64,000 nt of DNA from positions 113,676-177,675 of the forward strand of contig CAWEES010000002.1 in NCBI GenBank assembly GCA_963808245.1. Reading direction: 5' to 3'. Below, one piece after another: positions 10,259 through 20,494 of the stretch. Each line of letters starts with the position of its first letter. Position 1 is the stretch's first letter. The notes under the pieces were generated by a model. The model was not told where the DNA came from. It ran no database searches and was given only the letters and a program-made list of their open reading frames with translations. A program made the translations under genes and the position numbers. This DNA is from an uncultured Bacteroidota bacterium. GTDB lineage: Bacteria; Bacteroidota; Ignavibacteria; Kryptoniales; JAKASW01.

Positions 10259-11340
10259 AGGTAATGAGTTACCGAGTCAATTCTTTGCGTATACCGATCT
10301 ACTTGGGAGATTCAGGGTCGCAAATAATCAGTCAATTGCGTTCTGTATCCAAGCCTGCCGTCGTGGTGGATTCAAAAGTAGCGGATCTTTATAAAGATTT
10401 AATAACAGAGATCGGTGGAATAAACGATTGCGCGCTTGTGGTTTTTCATGCCTCAGAAGAGAACAAAAACCTCGATAAGGTAGAGGAAATTCTAACATAC
10501 TTTCTGGAAAGAAATATCAGGCGCGATGCGGTTCTGTTCGCAATAGGCGGCGGAATAACGGGAGATCTTTCGGGATTTGTAGCTGCCGTTCTCCAGAGAG
10601 GAATAAATTATGTGCACATTCCAACGACGCTACTCGCTATGGTAGACAGTTCAATCGGGGGAAAAGTAGGTGTGAATCATAATTTCGGCAAGAACATGAT
10701 AGGTGCGTTTCATCAGCCTGCTTCGATAATTATGAACATAAAATTCTTAGAGACCCTCTCAAAGGAAGAACTTATCTGCGGTTTGGGCGAGATTGTAAAG
10801 TATGCTGTCCTTCGGGGGGAGCATTTCTTTGACTTTCTTGAAAAGAATTACGTAAGGCTACTCAACAAGGACTCGAAATCTTTCGAGAGAATAATCAAAA
10901 TGTCAATCGAGACAAAAAAACTTTATGTAGAAAGAGACGCGAAAGAGTCTGGCATTAGAGCTTATTTGAATTTAGGACATACGATCGGTCACGCCGTGGA
11001 AGCCGCTACAAAATACACAAAGTTTAAGCATGGTGAAGCCGTCCTCATCGGTCTCGTCGCTGAGGCACATATCGCGATGCACATGAAACTTCTTCGTGCA
11101 ACAAATTTCGAACGGATACTAAAGATGGTTCGGCAGATTGCACGTCAAAGGGACGAGAAAGTCGTTCTTGAAGAAATCATAAACCGTTTAAGTTTTGACA
11201 AGAAGATGAAGTCGGGAAAGATAAGATTCGTGCTGCCGACTGGAATAGGCAGAGTAGTGATCCGTGACGATGTCTCGACCAAGAACGTCATCGACTCGAT
11301 CAAATTTGTAGCGGCAGACGGATTGTTGGCCTTAAACTAA
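10255..11340 (+). CDS. aroB: 3-dehydroquinate synthase
   Basis: AIGGGITGDLSGFVAA, IPTTLLAMVDSSIGGKVGVN, NLGHTIGHAVE and KHGEAV motifs. The start overlaps the aroK stop (ATGA), matching the usual aroK-aroB pairing. Confidence 0.9.
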   Translation: MKVMSYRVNSLRIPIYLGDSGSQIISQLRSVSKPAVVVDSKVADLYKDLITEIGGINDCALVVFHASEENKNLDKVEEILTYFLERNIRRDAVLFAIGGGITGDLSGFVAAVLQRGINYVHIPTTLLAMVDSSIGGKVGVNHNFGKNMIGAFHQPASIIMNIKFLETLSKEELICGLGEIVKYAVLRGEHFFDFLEKNYVRLLNKDSKSFERIIKMSIETKKLYVERDAKESGIRAYLNLGHTIGHAVEAATKYTKFKHGEAVLIGLVAEAHIAMHMKLLRATNFERILKMVRQIARQRDEKVVLEEIINRLSFDKKMKSGKIRFVLPTGIGRVVIRDDVSTKNVIDSIKFVAADGLLALN

Positions 11341-11389
11341 TTTTAGATTCAAAAATATGAAGCGATATTGGATTGTTGAGAATTAATTG

Positions 11390-12385
11390 ATGACTACTTA
11401 TAAACAAAGCGGCGTAAACATAGACGAAGCGGAAGATCTTGTAAATAGAATCAAGCCGCTCGCCAAGCGAACATTCAATAAAAATGTCTTGTCCGAGATC
11501 GGATTCTTCGGAGGTTTTTTTAACGGGAAATTCGCAGGTTATCGAAATCCCGTTTTAGTTTCAAGCGTGGATGGAGTAGGAACAAAAGTCAAAATTGCGA
11601 TCGAAATGAACAAGCACGACACCATAGGCCAGGATTTAGTCAATCATTGTGTAAACGATATCGGCGTCGGAGGTGCGAAGCCGCTCTTCTTCCTGGATTA
11701 TTTTGCCTGTGGAAAGTTAAGCGCCGATATTGCGGAACAAGTTATCAAAGGTTTATCGATTGCGTGCAAAGAAAACGACCTTGCGTTAATTGGAGGAGAA
11801 ACTGCGGAGATGCCGGGGGTTTACTCGGAACATGATTATGATTTGGCCGGGACAATCGTCGGCGTTGTGGATAAATCCAAGGTGATAGACGGAAGTAAAG
11901 TTAAGAAAGGGGATTTGCTCATCGGCATTGCTTCGACGGGATTGCATACAAACGGGTACTCTCTGGCAAGGAAAACATTGTTGTCAAGGTATAATATCGA
12001 TAGTTTCATCGATGAGCTTGGCGAAACTGCCGGAGAAGCACTGCTTAAAACGCATAGGTCCTATTCAAAGTTGATAGCATTTGTCACAAAAAAATACTCG
12101 ATTCACGGTATGTCGCATATTACCGGTGGCGGCATAGTAGGAAACACTTCCCGAGTGATTAGAAAACCGCACGGGTTCAAAGTGTTTTGGGAAAATTGGG
12201 AAGTGCCGCCGATTTTCAAATTGATCCAATCGATAGGGAATGTTCCGGATGAAGATGTGAGGCGTACTTTGAATATGGGTGTTGGATTGATTCTGATCGC
12301 ATCGAAAAGAGAATCCGATTCCATTCTCGAAAGTTTGAGGAAAAAAGGTGAAAAGTGTTTCATCGTTGGAGAAGTTATTGCCTAG
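11390..12385 (+). CDS. purM: phosphoribosylformylglycinamidine cyclo-ligase (AIR synthetase)
   Basis: YKQSGVNIDEA, SSVDGVGTKVKIA, VNHCVNDI, FLDYFACGKL, IGGETAEMPG and GLHTNGYSLARK motifs. I prefer the ATG at 11390 over the adjacent TTG at 11387. Confidence 0.9.
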   Translation: MTTYKQSGVNIDEAEDLVNRIKPLAKRTFNKNVLSEIGFFGGFFNGKFAGYRNPVLVSSVDGVGTKVKIAIEMNKHDTIGQDLVNHCVNDIGVGGAKPLFFLDYFACGKLSADIAEQVIKGLSIACKENDLALIGGETAEMPGVYSEHDYDLAGTIVGVVDKSKVIDGSKVKKGDLLIGIASTGLHTNGYSLARKTLLSRYNIDSFIDELGETAGEALLKTHRSYSKLIAFVTKKYSIHGMSHITGGGIVGNTSRVIRKPHGFKVFWENWEVPPIFKLIQSIGNVPDEDVRRTLNMGVGLILIASKRESDSILESLRKKGEKCFIVGEVIA

Positions 12386-12617
12386 CTGATGATCACCCTT
12401 TTCCTGATGCATTATTTTCTCGTCTGATTTTACTTTCCCATATCTATCATACCGAATCGTTTATCTCATTTCCTGCGACTTCATTTATTCAATTAGAGGC
12501 GTCTCCGTAAATTGGATGAATTAATATGAGACTTAATTCAGGACTAGATTTGCCGGAATATAAAATCATGTATTTCAACGGATGATAGTTTGAAACTGAA
12601 CCGAACAATTTCTAACA

Positions 12618-14237
12618 TTGTTCAGTTTGATAAAACAGCAAATAGAGCCGGATACATGCAATTCAAATAGAGATAGCGATGTAAGAGGTGAACTCACGAA
12701 CAAGACAATATTTATCTTCTTGCTTACCGTATTAGTAAATTGGAATTCCCAATCGTTTGCTCAGGAAAAGAAATCGAATTTGGTTACCATTGCCGCCAAT
12801 GATACGAAAGTCGAAATCATCCGAAAGGCGGCGAACGTCGTTCCCTCGCGTGAGCAGTACGATTGGCAGAAGATGGAGTATATTGCATTCGTCCATTTTG
12901 GATTGAACACATTCACATCGAACGAATTGGGGAACGGAAGCGAGGATCCGAAACTGTTCAACCCGACGAGTCTGGATTGTGACGAATGGGCCCGCGTTTT
13001 CAAGAATGCGGGGATCAAAATGGCGATACTAACCGCAAAACATCACGATGGATTTTGTCTCTGGCCGAGCAAATACACAGACTATTCCGTTAAAAAAAGT
13101 AATTGGAAAAACGGGAAGGGGGACGTCGTCCGTGAATTTGTAAATGCATGCAGAAAGTATAATCTGAAAGTCGGGTTCTATCTATCCCCCTGGGATAGGA
13201 ATAATCCGAGTTATGGGACATCCAGATACAACGAGTATTTCATGGATCAGCTAATAGAACTTCTCTCGAATTATGGCAAGATCACTGAAGTGTGGTTCGA
13301 CGGCTACAAAGGTACAGGGTCAAAATCGGAAACTTATGATTGGCATTCATATTACAAGTTGATCAGAAAACTTCAGCCCCAGGCATTGATCGCAATTATG
13401 GGCGATGATATACGATGGGTTGGAACTGAATCCGGATACGGGAGAGAAACTGAATGGGACGTATTACCGATCGACTTGAGTGGACTCACTAAGGATGAAA
13501 TATCAAAGGAAGTTCATCCGATTGACGAGGTATTTACCCCGCGTAATTATTTGGGAAATGATCTCGGGAGCAGGGACTCGCTTTACGACTCCAAGGGATT
13601 ATTCTGGTATCCCTCGGAAACAGATGTATCTATACGTCCCAACTGGTTCTACGTTGCGTCTCAGGACAGCGCTGTGAAATCAGTTGCTCAGTTAGTAGAC
13701 ATCTATTTCAATTCTGTCGGAAAGAATTCAGTATTGCTTCTCAATGTACCGGCTGACAAGAGAGGATTAATTTCCAGTTATGACATAAGAGCATTAAGAG
13801 GACTTCACGATGTTATTACCGAGACCTTTCGAACGAATATGGCCAGCAGTTCAATCGTCAACATTGACGGAAGCGGAAAGGCGATCAGTTTCTTTAAATT
13901 ATTTGGCAATGACAGGTACTGGAGCGCAAACAAAGGATCCGATACCGCCTCATTGGAATTTGAATTTAATAAGGAAAAAACTTTCGACGTCGCAATGTTA
14001 CAGGAACAGATCAAAGTTGGTCAGAGAATAGAAAAGTTTCACATCGATTACTGGGACGGAAATGGATGGCAGAATTTGACAAGCGGCACGACAGTTGGAT
14101 ACAAGAGACTCCTTCGCTTTAACCCTGTCACTACAACGGACGTGCGATTGGTGATCGATAAGTCAAGATTGAACCCGACGCTTTTTAAATTCGGATTGTA
14201 TATGCTCCCACCAGTCTATGTCCACACATCTCCTTGA
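12618..14237 (+). CDS. secreted alpha-L-fucosidase (GH29) with C-terminal F5/8-type-C (discoidin) domain
   Basis: GH29 motifs (AKHHDGFCLWPSKYTDYSV, YLSPWDRN, EVWFDG) and a C-terminal beta-sandwich region. A signal-peptide-like FIFLLTVLVNWNSQSFAQE lies about 28 aa after the only available TTG starts (12618 or 12627), so the start is uncertain. Confidence 0.8.
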   Translation: MFSLIKQQIEPDTCNSNRDSDVRGELTNKTIFIFLLTVLVNWNSQSFAQEKKSNLVTIAANDTKVEIIRKAANVVPSREQYDWQKMEYIAFVHFGLNTFTSNELGNGSEDPKLFNPTSLDCDEWARVFKNAGIKMAILTAKHHDGFCLWPSKYTDYSVKKSNWKNGKGDVVREFVNACRKYNLKVGFYLSPWDRNNPSYGTSRYNEYFMDQLIELLSNYGKITEVWFDGYKGTGSKSETYDWHSYYKLIRKLQPQALIAIMGDDIRWVGTESGYGRETEWDVLPIDLSGLTKDEISKEVHPIDEVFTPRNYLGNDLGSRDSLYDSKGLFWYPSETDVSIRPNWFYVASQDSAVKSVAQLVDIYFNSVGKNSVLLLNVPADKRGLISSYDIRALRGLHDVITETFRTNMASSSIVNIDGSGKAISFFKLFGNDRYWSANKGSDTASLEFEFNKEKTFDVAMLQEQIKVGQRIEKFHIDYWDGNGWQNLTSGTTVGYKRLLRFNPVTTTDVRLVIDKSRLNPTLFKFGLYMLPPVYVHTSP

Positions 14238-14305
14238 GATTGAATTTCTTAATCAGGCTAATGCATTGTTTACAAAGCTAAAAATTTTGAAGAAGGTCCA
14301 ATATA

Positions 14306-16552
14306 ATGAGAGAACTTGGCTTCGTCTTTATTCTTATAACTGCAGTTTGTTTGACAAAGGGTCTCGCCCAAACACCCATCAACATAATACCCAAACCCGA
14401 TTCGATAGTGAACAAAGTCGGTTCGTTCACATTCTCGAGGACTACGTTGATTAGTAGTGAAATTACTCTTGATAGACTTTCAGAATATTTGTCACAGGAA
14501 TTGCAAGTACTAACCAAGATATCGCCGCAAGTGAACGACTCTCCCGGATTAAAAAAGACGGATGTCATACTGTTGAGCGTGGATTCCACGTTTGTTCCTC
14601 CAAACCCGGAGGGCTACTTCCTTGAGGTTTCCACGAAGGAAGTCTTGCTCAGGGCGAGGACTGATACAGGTCTATTTAGAGGCATTCAAACGCTTCTTCA
14701 GCTTTTCCCGCTTGCAGATTCCGTCCGCAAAGGAGAGAGCTATAGCATCCCTTGCTGTACCATCATCGACTATCCAAGATTTACCTGGCGCGGCTTGAAC
14801 CTCGATTGTTGCCGCCATTTCATGACTAAAGATTTCATTAAACGATATATCGACCTTCTGGCATATTACAAGTTCGACGTTTTCCATTGGCATCTGACAG
14901 ACGATCAGGGCTGGCGGATCGAAATCAAAAAGTATCCAAAGCTTACGCAAATAGGGGCGTGGCGGAAGGAAGCCGACGGAACCGTTTATGGCGGGTTCTA
15001 TAGTCAGGATGATATTAAGGATGTCGTTGCGTATGCGCAAAGCAGATTTATAACAGTTGTACCTGAAATTGAAATGCCGGGCCATTGCACGGCTTCACTC
15101 GCAGCATATCCCGAGAACTCTTGTACCGGTGGGCCTTTTGCGGTCGGAATTAGGTGGGGAGTTTATAAAGATGTCTATTGTGCCGGTAAAGAATCTACGT
15201 TCACTTTTCTTGAGAATGTTTTAACCGAAGTGATGGACCTTTTCCCGTCTCATTACATCCATATTGGCGGAGACGAAGTGCCGAAAGACAGATGGAAAGT
15301 ATGTCCATTTTGCCAGAAGAGAATCAAAGACGAAGGGTTAAAGGATGAAGAAGGTTTGCAGAGCTATTTCATGAAGCGAATCGAGAAGTTCGTTGAGTCA
15401 AGAGGAAGAGAAGTAATCGGGTGGGACGAAATATTGGAGGGAGGTCTTGGTCCAGACGCGACAGTCCAATCATGGCGAGGCATAGACGGAGCTATCCAGG
15501 CTGCTCAAAGCCAACATAATACGATTGTCTCTCCTGAGGGCTACACATATCTTAATCGGAGTGCGGATGAACTGGGCATAGACACTGTCTATTCCTTTGA
15601 CCCCGTTCCAAAAGGGCTGAGTGTTGATGAATCGCGCTACGTTCTTGGTACCGAGGCCAATATGTGGAGTGAACAGGCGCCGCAGGAAACGATAGACAGC
15701 AAATTATTCCCGCGCATCCTGGCGTTGTCTGAAATTGCCTGGACTCAACCACAAAAAAAGAATTATGACGACTTTCACAAGAGACTGGAGATCGAGTATG
15801 ATCGTTTAGCTTATCTTGGAGTGAACTTTGGGCCCGAAAAGCAGGCAATACTTTTCCAGACTAAATTGGACACGACAAAAGATGAGTTTACTATAAGTCT
15901 TAAGGCAGGGCAAGGCGATTCAAAGATTCACTACACGTTAGATGGAAGCTTGCCCACGCGGTCTTCATTTACCTATGAAGAACCTCTCATTATAAAAAAT
16001 TCAACTGAACTTTCCGCGCAGTTGGAAATGAGGGGAAGGCTTCTCGGCAGCCCGGTCAACCTGGCATTTACAATTTCCAAGACATTGAATTCCAAAATCT
16101 CGCTGAAGACCTCGTACTCGGAAAAATATCCCTCTGGCGGTCCTGGTTCTCTCGTCGACGGTATTCGCGGGACAATGGATTTCCATGACGGGTTCTGGCA
16201 GGGTTACGAAGGAGTGGACATTAAGGCAATAATCGATCTTGGAAAAGAGGAAGAGATATCACAAGCTGGAGCCGGATTTTTCCAGGCGACAGATTCATGG
16301 ATCTTCATGCCTGACAGCGTCGAATTCTTCGTATCAAGCGACGGCGTTAACTTCATAAATGTTGGAGTGGTGAGGAACGATGTCCCGCAGAAAGACCCTG
16401 ACCCGGTAAAGAAGGATTTCGTAGTTTCGTTTGACAAAAAGACAACACGCTACATAAAGATGGTTGCCAAGAATATCGGCATTTGTCCTCCCTGGCATGA
16501 CGGAGCAGGAGGGAAAGCCTGGCTTTTCATAGATGAGATCTTTGCTAACTAG
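14306..16552 (+). CDS. secreted beta-N-acetylhexosaminidase (GH20) with C-terminal carbohydrate-binding-like domain
   Basis: Signal peptide. GH20 signature FHWHLTDDQGWRIEIKKYPKL, PEIEMPGH and IHIGGDEV (catalytic D-E). C-terminal discoidin-like region. Confidence 0.85.
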   Translation: MRELGFVFILITAVCLTKGLAQTPINIIPKPDSIVNKVGSFTFSRTTLISSEITLDRLSEYLSQELQVLTKISPQVNDSPGLKKTDVILLSVDSTFVPPNPEGYFLEVSTKEVLLRARTDTGLFRGIQTLLQLFPLADSVRKGESYSIPCCTIIDYPRFTWRGLNLDCCRHFMTKDFIKRYIDLLAYYKFDVFHWHLTDDQGWRIEIKKYPKLTQIGAWRKEADGTVYGGFYSQDDIKDVVAYAQSRFITVVPEIEMPGHCTASLAAYPENSCTGGPFAVGIRWGVYKDVYCAGKESTFTFLENVLTEVMDLFPSHYIHIGGDEVPKDRWKVCPFCQKRIKDEGLKDEEGLQSYFMKRIEKFVESRGREVIGWDEILEGGLGPDATVQSWRGIDGAIQAAQSQHNTIVSPEGYTYLNRSADELGIDTVYSFDPVPKGLSVDESRYVLGTEANMWSEQAPQETIDSKLFPRILALSEIAWTQPQKKNYDDFHKRLEIEYDRLAYLGVNFGPEKQAILFQTKLDTTKDEFTISLKAGQGDSKIHYTLDGSLPTRSSFTYEEPLIIKNSTELSAQLEMRGRLLGSPVNLAFTISKTLNSKISLKTSYSEKYPSGGPGSLVDGIRGTMDFHDGFWQGYEGVDIKAIIDLGKEEEISQAGAGFFQATDSWIFMPDSVEFFVSSDGVNFINVGVVRNDVPQKDPDPVKKDFVVSFDKKTTRYIKMVAKNIGICPPWHDGAGGKAWLFIDEIFAN

Positions 16553-16676
16553 TTGTCGAATTCATAGTACCTGAACAAATGCGGTCATCAATTTTGTAAG
16601 CATACTATCAACTGAATCATGGTAAAATATTTTCAGCTAGTCGGATAAATGACGTATCATGGAAGGAGAGTTATAA

Positions 16677-18122
16677 GTGAAAAAATTATTTGTTCTAATT
16701 TTCTCTACGCTCTTAGTGGTAAACATCTCTCTCGCTCAAGAAATCGCTCAAAGATATTATCCTGAAACTGATTCTCTCGTCGTAAAAAAACTTAACGAAT
16801 GGCAGAAGATAAAGTTCGGATTACTGATGCATTGGGGTACATATAGCCAGTGGGGAGTCGTCGAATCCTGGTCAATCTGCTCAGAGGATGAAGGATGGGA
16901 GACAAGAAACGACTCAAATTATACCGAATATAAAGAGAAATATCAGAACCTGATAAAAACTTTTAATCCGGTAAAATTCGATCCGGCAAAGTGGGCTGAA
17001 GCCGCCAAAGAAGCGGGAATGAAGTACGTCGTATTTACAACAAAGCATCACGATGGGTTCTGCATGTTCGATACCAAGACAACCGACTATAAGGTGACAG
17101 GCCCGGAATGCGCGTTTCACACCGATCCCCGCGCGAACATCACCAAGGAAATCTTCGATGCCTTCCGGAAAGACGGGTTCATGATTGGCGCTTATTTCTC
17201 GAAGCCAGATTGGCATAGTCCATACTATTGGTGGCCGAACTTTGCAACACCCGACCGTAATCCAAACTACAGCATCAAACGATATCCGGATCGTTGGCAA
17301 AAATTCGTGGAGTACACGCAAACACAGATCGATGAGCTCATGTCGAATTACGGACATCTGGACATCCTATGGCTGGACGGAGGCTGGGTGAGGAAAAAGA
17401 CAGAGACGGAGATTCTGAATGAAAAACTGAATGCCGATTATCCGGTTTTTCCACAGAGCCAGGACATCGATATGCCGTTGATAGTAAATAAGGCTCGTGA
17501 GAAGCAGCCTGGTCTTATCGTGGTCGACCGAGCAGTGTCCGGCCCGAACCAGGACTACCTTACACCTGAAAATACGGTTCCCCAAAAACCGCTTCCATAT
17601 CCATGGGAAACATGCATGCCCATGGCCACAAGCTGGTCTTATGTTCCTCATGATAAATATAAAACAGTCAACGAATTGATAGATCTTCTAGTTGATATTG
17701 TATCAAAAGGAGGAAATTTCCTACTGAATATTGGCCCCGGCCCGGACGGTGAATTTGATCCAGTCGCATACGATCGGCTGAAAGGGATCGGCGAATGGAT
17801 GAAAGTGAATAGCGAAGCAATCTATGACACGCATCCTGTACCACCTTATAAGGATGGAAAAATTTCCCTGACCCAACTTGACGACGGAACGACTTATGCG
17901 ATTTACCTTGCAGACAGGAACGAAATTAATCCTCCTTCGAAAATATGGTTGTCTGAAATATCTCCCTTCGAGGGGGCCAAGGTGACATTGCTCGGATCGG
18001 ATGAGGAACTCAAGTGGGAAAAAATCGGCAAAGGTTTCGAGGTAAACATCCCGCTAGAATATCAGAAACATCCACCATGCGAATATGCCTGGGTACTGAA
18101 AATCTCAGGTATTCAAAAATAA
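16677..18122 (+). CDS. secreted alpha-L-fucosidase (GH29), second copy
   Basis: Signal peptide MKKLFVLIFSTLLVVNISLAQE. TKHHDGFCMFDTKTTDYKV, YFSKPDWH and ILWLDGGW motifs. Paralogous to the gene at 12618-14237. GTG start with a GGAAGGAGAG SD. Confidence 0.8.
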   Translation: MKKLFVLIFSTLLVVNISLAQEIAQRYYPETDSLVVKKLNEWQKIKFGLLMHWGTYSQWGVVESWSICSEDEGWETRNDSNYTEYKEKYQNLIKTFNPVKFDPAKWAEAAKEAGMKYVVFTTKHHDGFCMFDTKTTDYKVTGPECAFHTDPRANITKEIFDAFRKDGFMIGAYFSKPDWHSPYYWWPNFATPDRNPNYSIKRYPDRWQKFVEYTQTQIDELMSNYGHLDILWLDGGWVRKKTETEILNEKLNADYPVFPQSQDIDMPLIVNKAREKQPGLIVVDRAVSGPNQDYLTPENTVPQKPLPYPWETCMPMATSWSYVPHDKYKTVNELIDLLVDIVSKGGNFLLNIGPGPDGEFDPVAYDRLKGIGEWMKVNSEAIYDTHPVPPYKDGKISLTQLDDGTTYAIYLADRNEINPPSKIWLSEISPFEGAKVTLLGSDEELKWEKIGKGFEVNIPLEYQKHPPCEYAWVLKISGIQK

Positions 18123-18393
18123 AAAAATGTTTGTGTCTAAGTTATGAGCGGATAAGCGAACCGTCATAAGTTCTCATAAAAGGATGGCTTTTTGTTGATG
18201 GCCTCATAATTCTTATGATTTGACAAGGCGGTTACATTTTGACAGAGTGGCAGTCTATTACCTGGAAATGTCAAACAAGAAGAATTAGCCTTTTCAAAAG
18301 TGAGCAGATCGGTCAAAAACAAAGGGTTTCTGGCGGCATGATGCTTGATCTAATGGTCATGAATTCTATTCAATTAAAGGAGAGATATATAAA

Positions 18394-20331
18394 ATGGCGA
18401 AGATAATAGGTATCGATCTCGGCACCACAAACTCTTGTGTCGCCGTGATGGAAGGCAATACCCCGACGGTAATCGCAAATTCAGAGGGAGCTCGTACAAC
18501 TCCTTCGGTAGTTGCACAATCAAAAACTAGCGAATGGTTAGTTGGCGCTCCCGCAAAGCGGCAGGCCATTACTAATCCTCAGAATACGGTTTCCTCGATC
18601 AAACGGTTCATGGGTCGATTTTATAATGAAGTGACAGAAGAAATGTCTCGTGTGCCTTACAAGGTCGTGCGCGGCGAGAACGACTCGGCTCGAGTCGAAA
18701 TTAGCGGCAGGCAATATTCGCCACCCGAAGTCAGCGCAATGATTTTACAAAAGATGAAACAAACTGCCGAAGATTATCTCGGCGAAAAGATTACTGAAGC
18801 AGTTATCACTGTTCCGGCTTACTTCAACGATGCACAAAGGCAGGCGACAAAAGAAGCCGGTGAAATCGCTGGACTCAATGTACGCAGAATCATAAATGAG
18901 CCCACCGCTGCAGCCCTTGCTTACGGTCTAGACAAGAAAAATAAAAATATGAAGGTCGCGGTTTACGATCTCGGCGGAGGCACCTTTGATATTTCTATTC
19001 TAGAGTTAGGCGAAGGAGTGTTTGAGGTGAAGTCCACAAACGGCGACACCCATCTCGGCGGCGATGACTTCGATATGAAGATCATGGACTTCATTGCAGA
19101 TGAATTTAGAAAGACGGAAAGCATTGATTTGCGCAAAGACCCGATGGCGCTTCAACGATTGAAGGAAGCTGCAGAGAAGGCAAAGATGGAACTTTCGTCC
19201 CAGCTTCAGACTGAAGTGAATCTTCCTTTTATTACTGCAACCGCCGACGGACCGAAGCATCTCAACATGACTCTGACCCGTGCAAAACTTGAACAACTTG
19301 TCGGGGAGCTTATTCAACGAACAATTGATCCGGTCAAGAAAGCCCTCGAAGATGCCAAGTTGACTCCGAATGATATTGAAGAAGTAATTTTGGTAGGCGG
19401 AATGACGAGGATGCCGAAGGTTGGAGAAGTTGTAAAGAGCTTCTTTAGCCGCGAACCTCACAGGGGAGTTAACCCGGATGAAGTTGTTGCTATCGGAGCA
19501 AGTATCCAGGGTGCAGTTTTAACAGGAGAAATAAAAGACGTCCTGCTTCTCGACGTAACTCCACTTTCTCTAGGAATTGAAACTCTCGGCGGAGTTATGA
19601 CCCCGTTGATCAAATCGAACACGACGATCCCGACCCGGAAGAGTGAAATATTTTCAACGGCCGCAGACAGTCAGACATCTGTGGAGATCCATGTCCTTCA
19701 AGGTGAACGGCCTATGGCAGTTGACAATAGGACATTGGGCAGGTTTATTCTTGATGGCCTACCACCGGCTCCACGCGGAATTCCTCAAATCGAAGTCGCG
19801 TTCGACATTGACGCAAATGGAATTCTTCATGTCTCGGCAAAAGATAAGGCTACTGCAAAAGAGCAAAGTATCAGAATCACTTCATCGAGCGGCCTGAGCC
19901 GTGAAGAGATTGAAAAGATGAAGAAGGTTGCCGAAGAGCATGCGTCAGAGGATAAGAATCGGAAAGAAGAAGTGGAGACCAGGAATCAGGCCGACAATCT
20001 TATTTTCCAGAGCAAGAAGCAGTTGCAGGAATTCGGTGATAAAATCCCGGCCGACAAAAAGAAACCTTTGGAAGATGCAATACAGAAATTAGAAGGCTTG
20101 GTCAAAACCGCTCCGCTTTCACAACTGAAGTCGGAGATCGAAAATCTGAACAAGGTATGGAGCGAAGCCGCAACATACATGTACCAGCAAGCTCAGTCAT
20201 CTCAACAGGCTGGCCCACAGAATCAGGACCCGCAAGGATCCGCCCAGCCTGGCCAGAGCCAGGGTTCGGAAGGGCAGAAGACCGCCGAGAATGCTGATTA
20301 TGAAATAATTGATGATAAGGATAAGAAATAA
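18394..20331 (+). CDS. dnaK: molecular chaperone DnaK (Hsp70)
   Basis: Full-length Hsp70 signatures are present: [34 protein letters not shown]. Strong SD (AAAGGAGAG). Confidence 0.97.
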   Translation: MAKIIGIDLGTTNSCVAVMEGNTPTVIANSEGARTTPSVVAQSKTSEWLVGAPAKRQAITNPQNTVSSIKRFMGRFYNEVTEEMSRVPYKVVRGENDSARVEISGRQYSPPEVSAMILQKMKQTAEDYLGEKITEAVITVPAYFNDAQRQATKEAGEIAGLNVRRIINEPTAAALAYGLDKKNKNMKVAVYDLGGGTFDISILELGEGVFEVKSTNGDTHLGGDDFDMKIMDFIADEFRKTESIDLRKDPMALQRLKEAAEKAKMELSSQLQTEVNLPFITATADGPKHLNMTLTRAKLEQLVGELIQRTIDPVKKALEDAKLTPNDIEEVILVGGMTRMPKVGEVVKSFFSREPHRGVNPDEVVAIGASIQGAVLTGEIKDVLLLDVTPLSLGIETLGGVMTPLIKSNTTIPTRKSEIFSTAADSQTSVEIHVLQGERPMAVDNRTLGRFILDGLPPAPRGIPQIEVAFDIDANGILHVSAKDKATAKEQSIRITSSSGLSREEIEKMKKVAEEHASEDKNRKEEVETRNQADNLIFQSKKQLQEFGDKIPADKKKPLEDAIQKLEGLVKTAPLSQLKSEIENLNKVWSEAATYMYQQAQSSQQAGPQNQDPQGSAQPGQSQGSEGQKTAENADYEIIDDKDKK

Positions 20332-20347
20332 TTAAGTGGATCCCAAC

Positions 20348-20370
20348 GTGCAGGAGTTTAACTCCTGCAC
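20348..20370 (+). terminator. GC-rich hairpin after dnaK (terminator-like, no U tract)
   Basis: Perfect stem GTGCAGGAG(T)/(A)CTCCTGCAC with a 3-5 nt loop, 17 nt after the dnaK stop. The downstream sequence CGGAGTCC lacks a T run, so it may attenuate rather than fully terminate. Confidence 0.5.
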
Positions 20371-20494
20371 CGGAGTCCAGTGAAGCAATTTCTGACTTTC
20401 GACAAAAGAAGCAAATGGATTGCTTCGCGCAATGATAAGTAACTTCTCTTTTTAGCAGGCGAGGCTAAGAGTGAAGAACGAATAGGAAAATTTT

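Noticed and set aside
18289-18312. A shared motif upstream of both chaperone genes: CTTTTCAAAAGTGAGCAGATCGG about 85-105 nt before dnaK, and CTTTCGACAAAAGAAGCAAATGG at 20395-20417 about 80-100 nt before clpB. It could be a heat-shock promoter or operator.
   Set aside because: The match needs two gaps and rests mainly on a shared A-rich hexamer, which is expected by chance between two AT-rich spacers of this size. There is no consistent -10 partner at a fixed spacing. Two sequences are not enough to support it.
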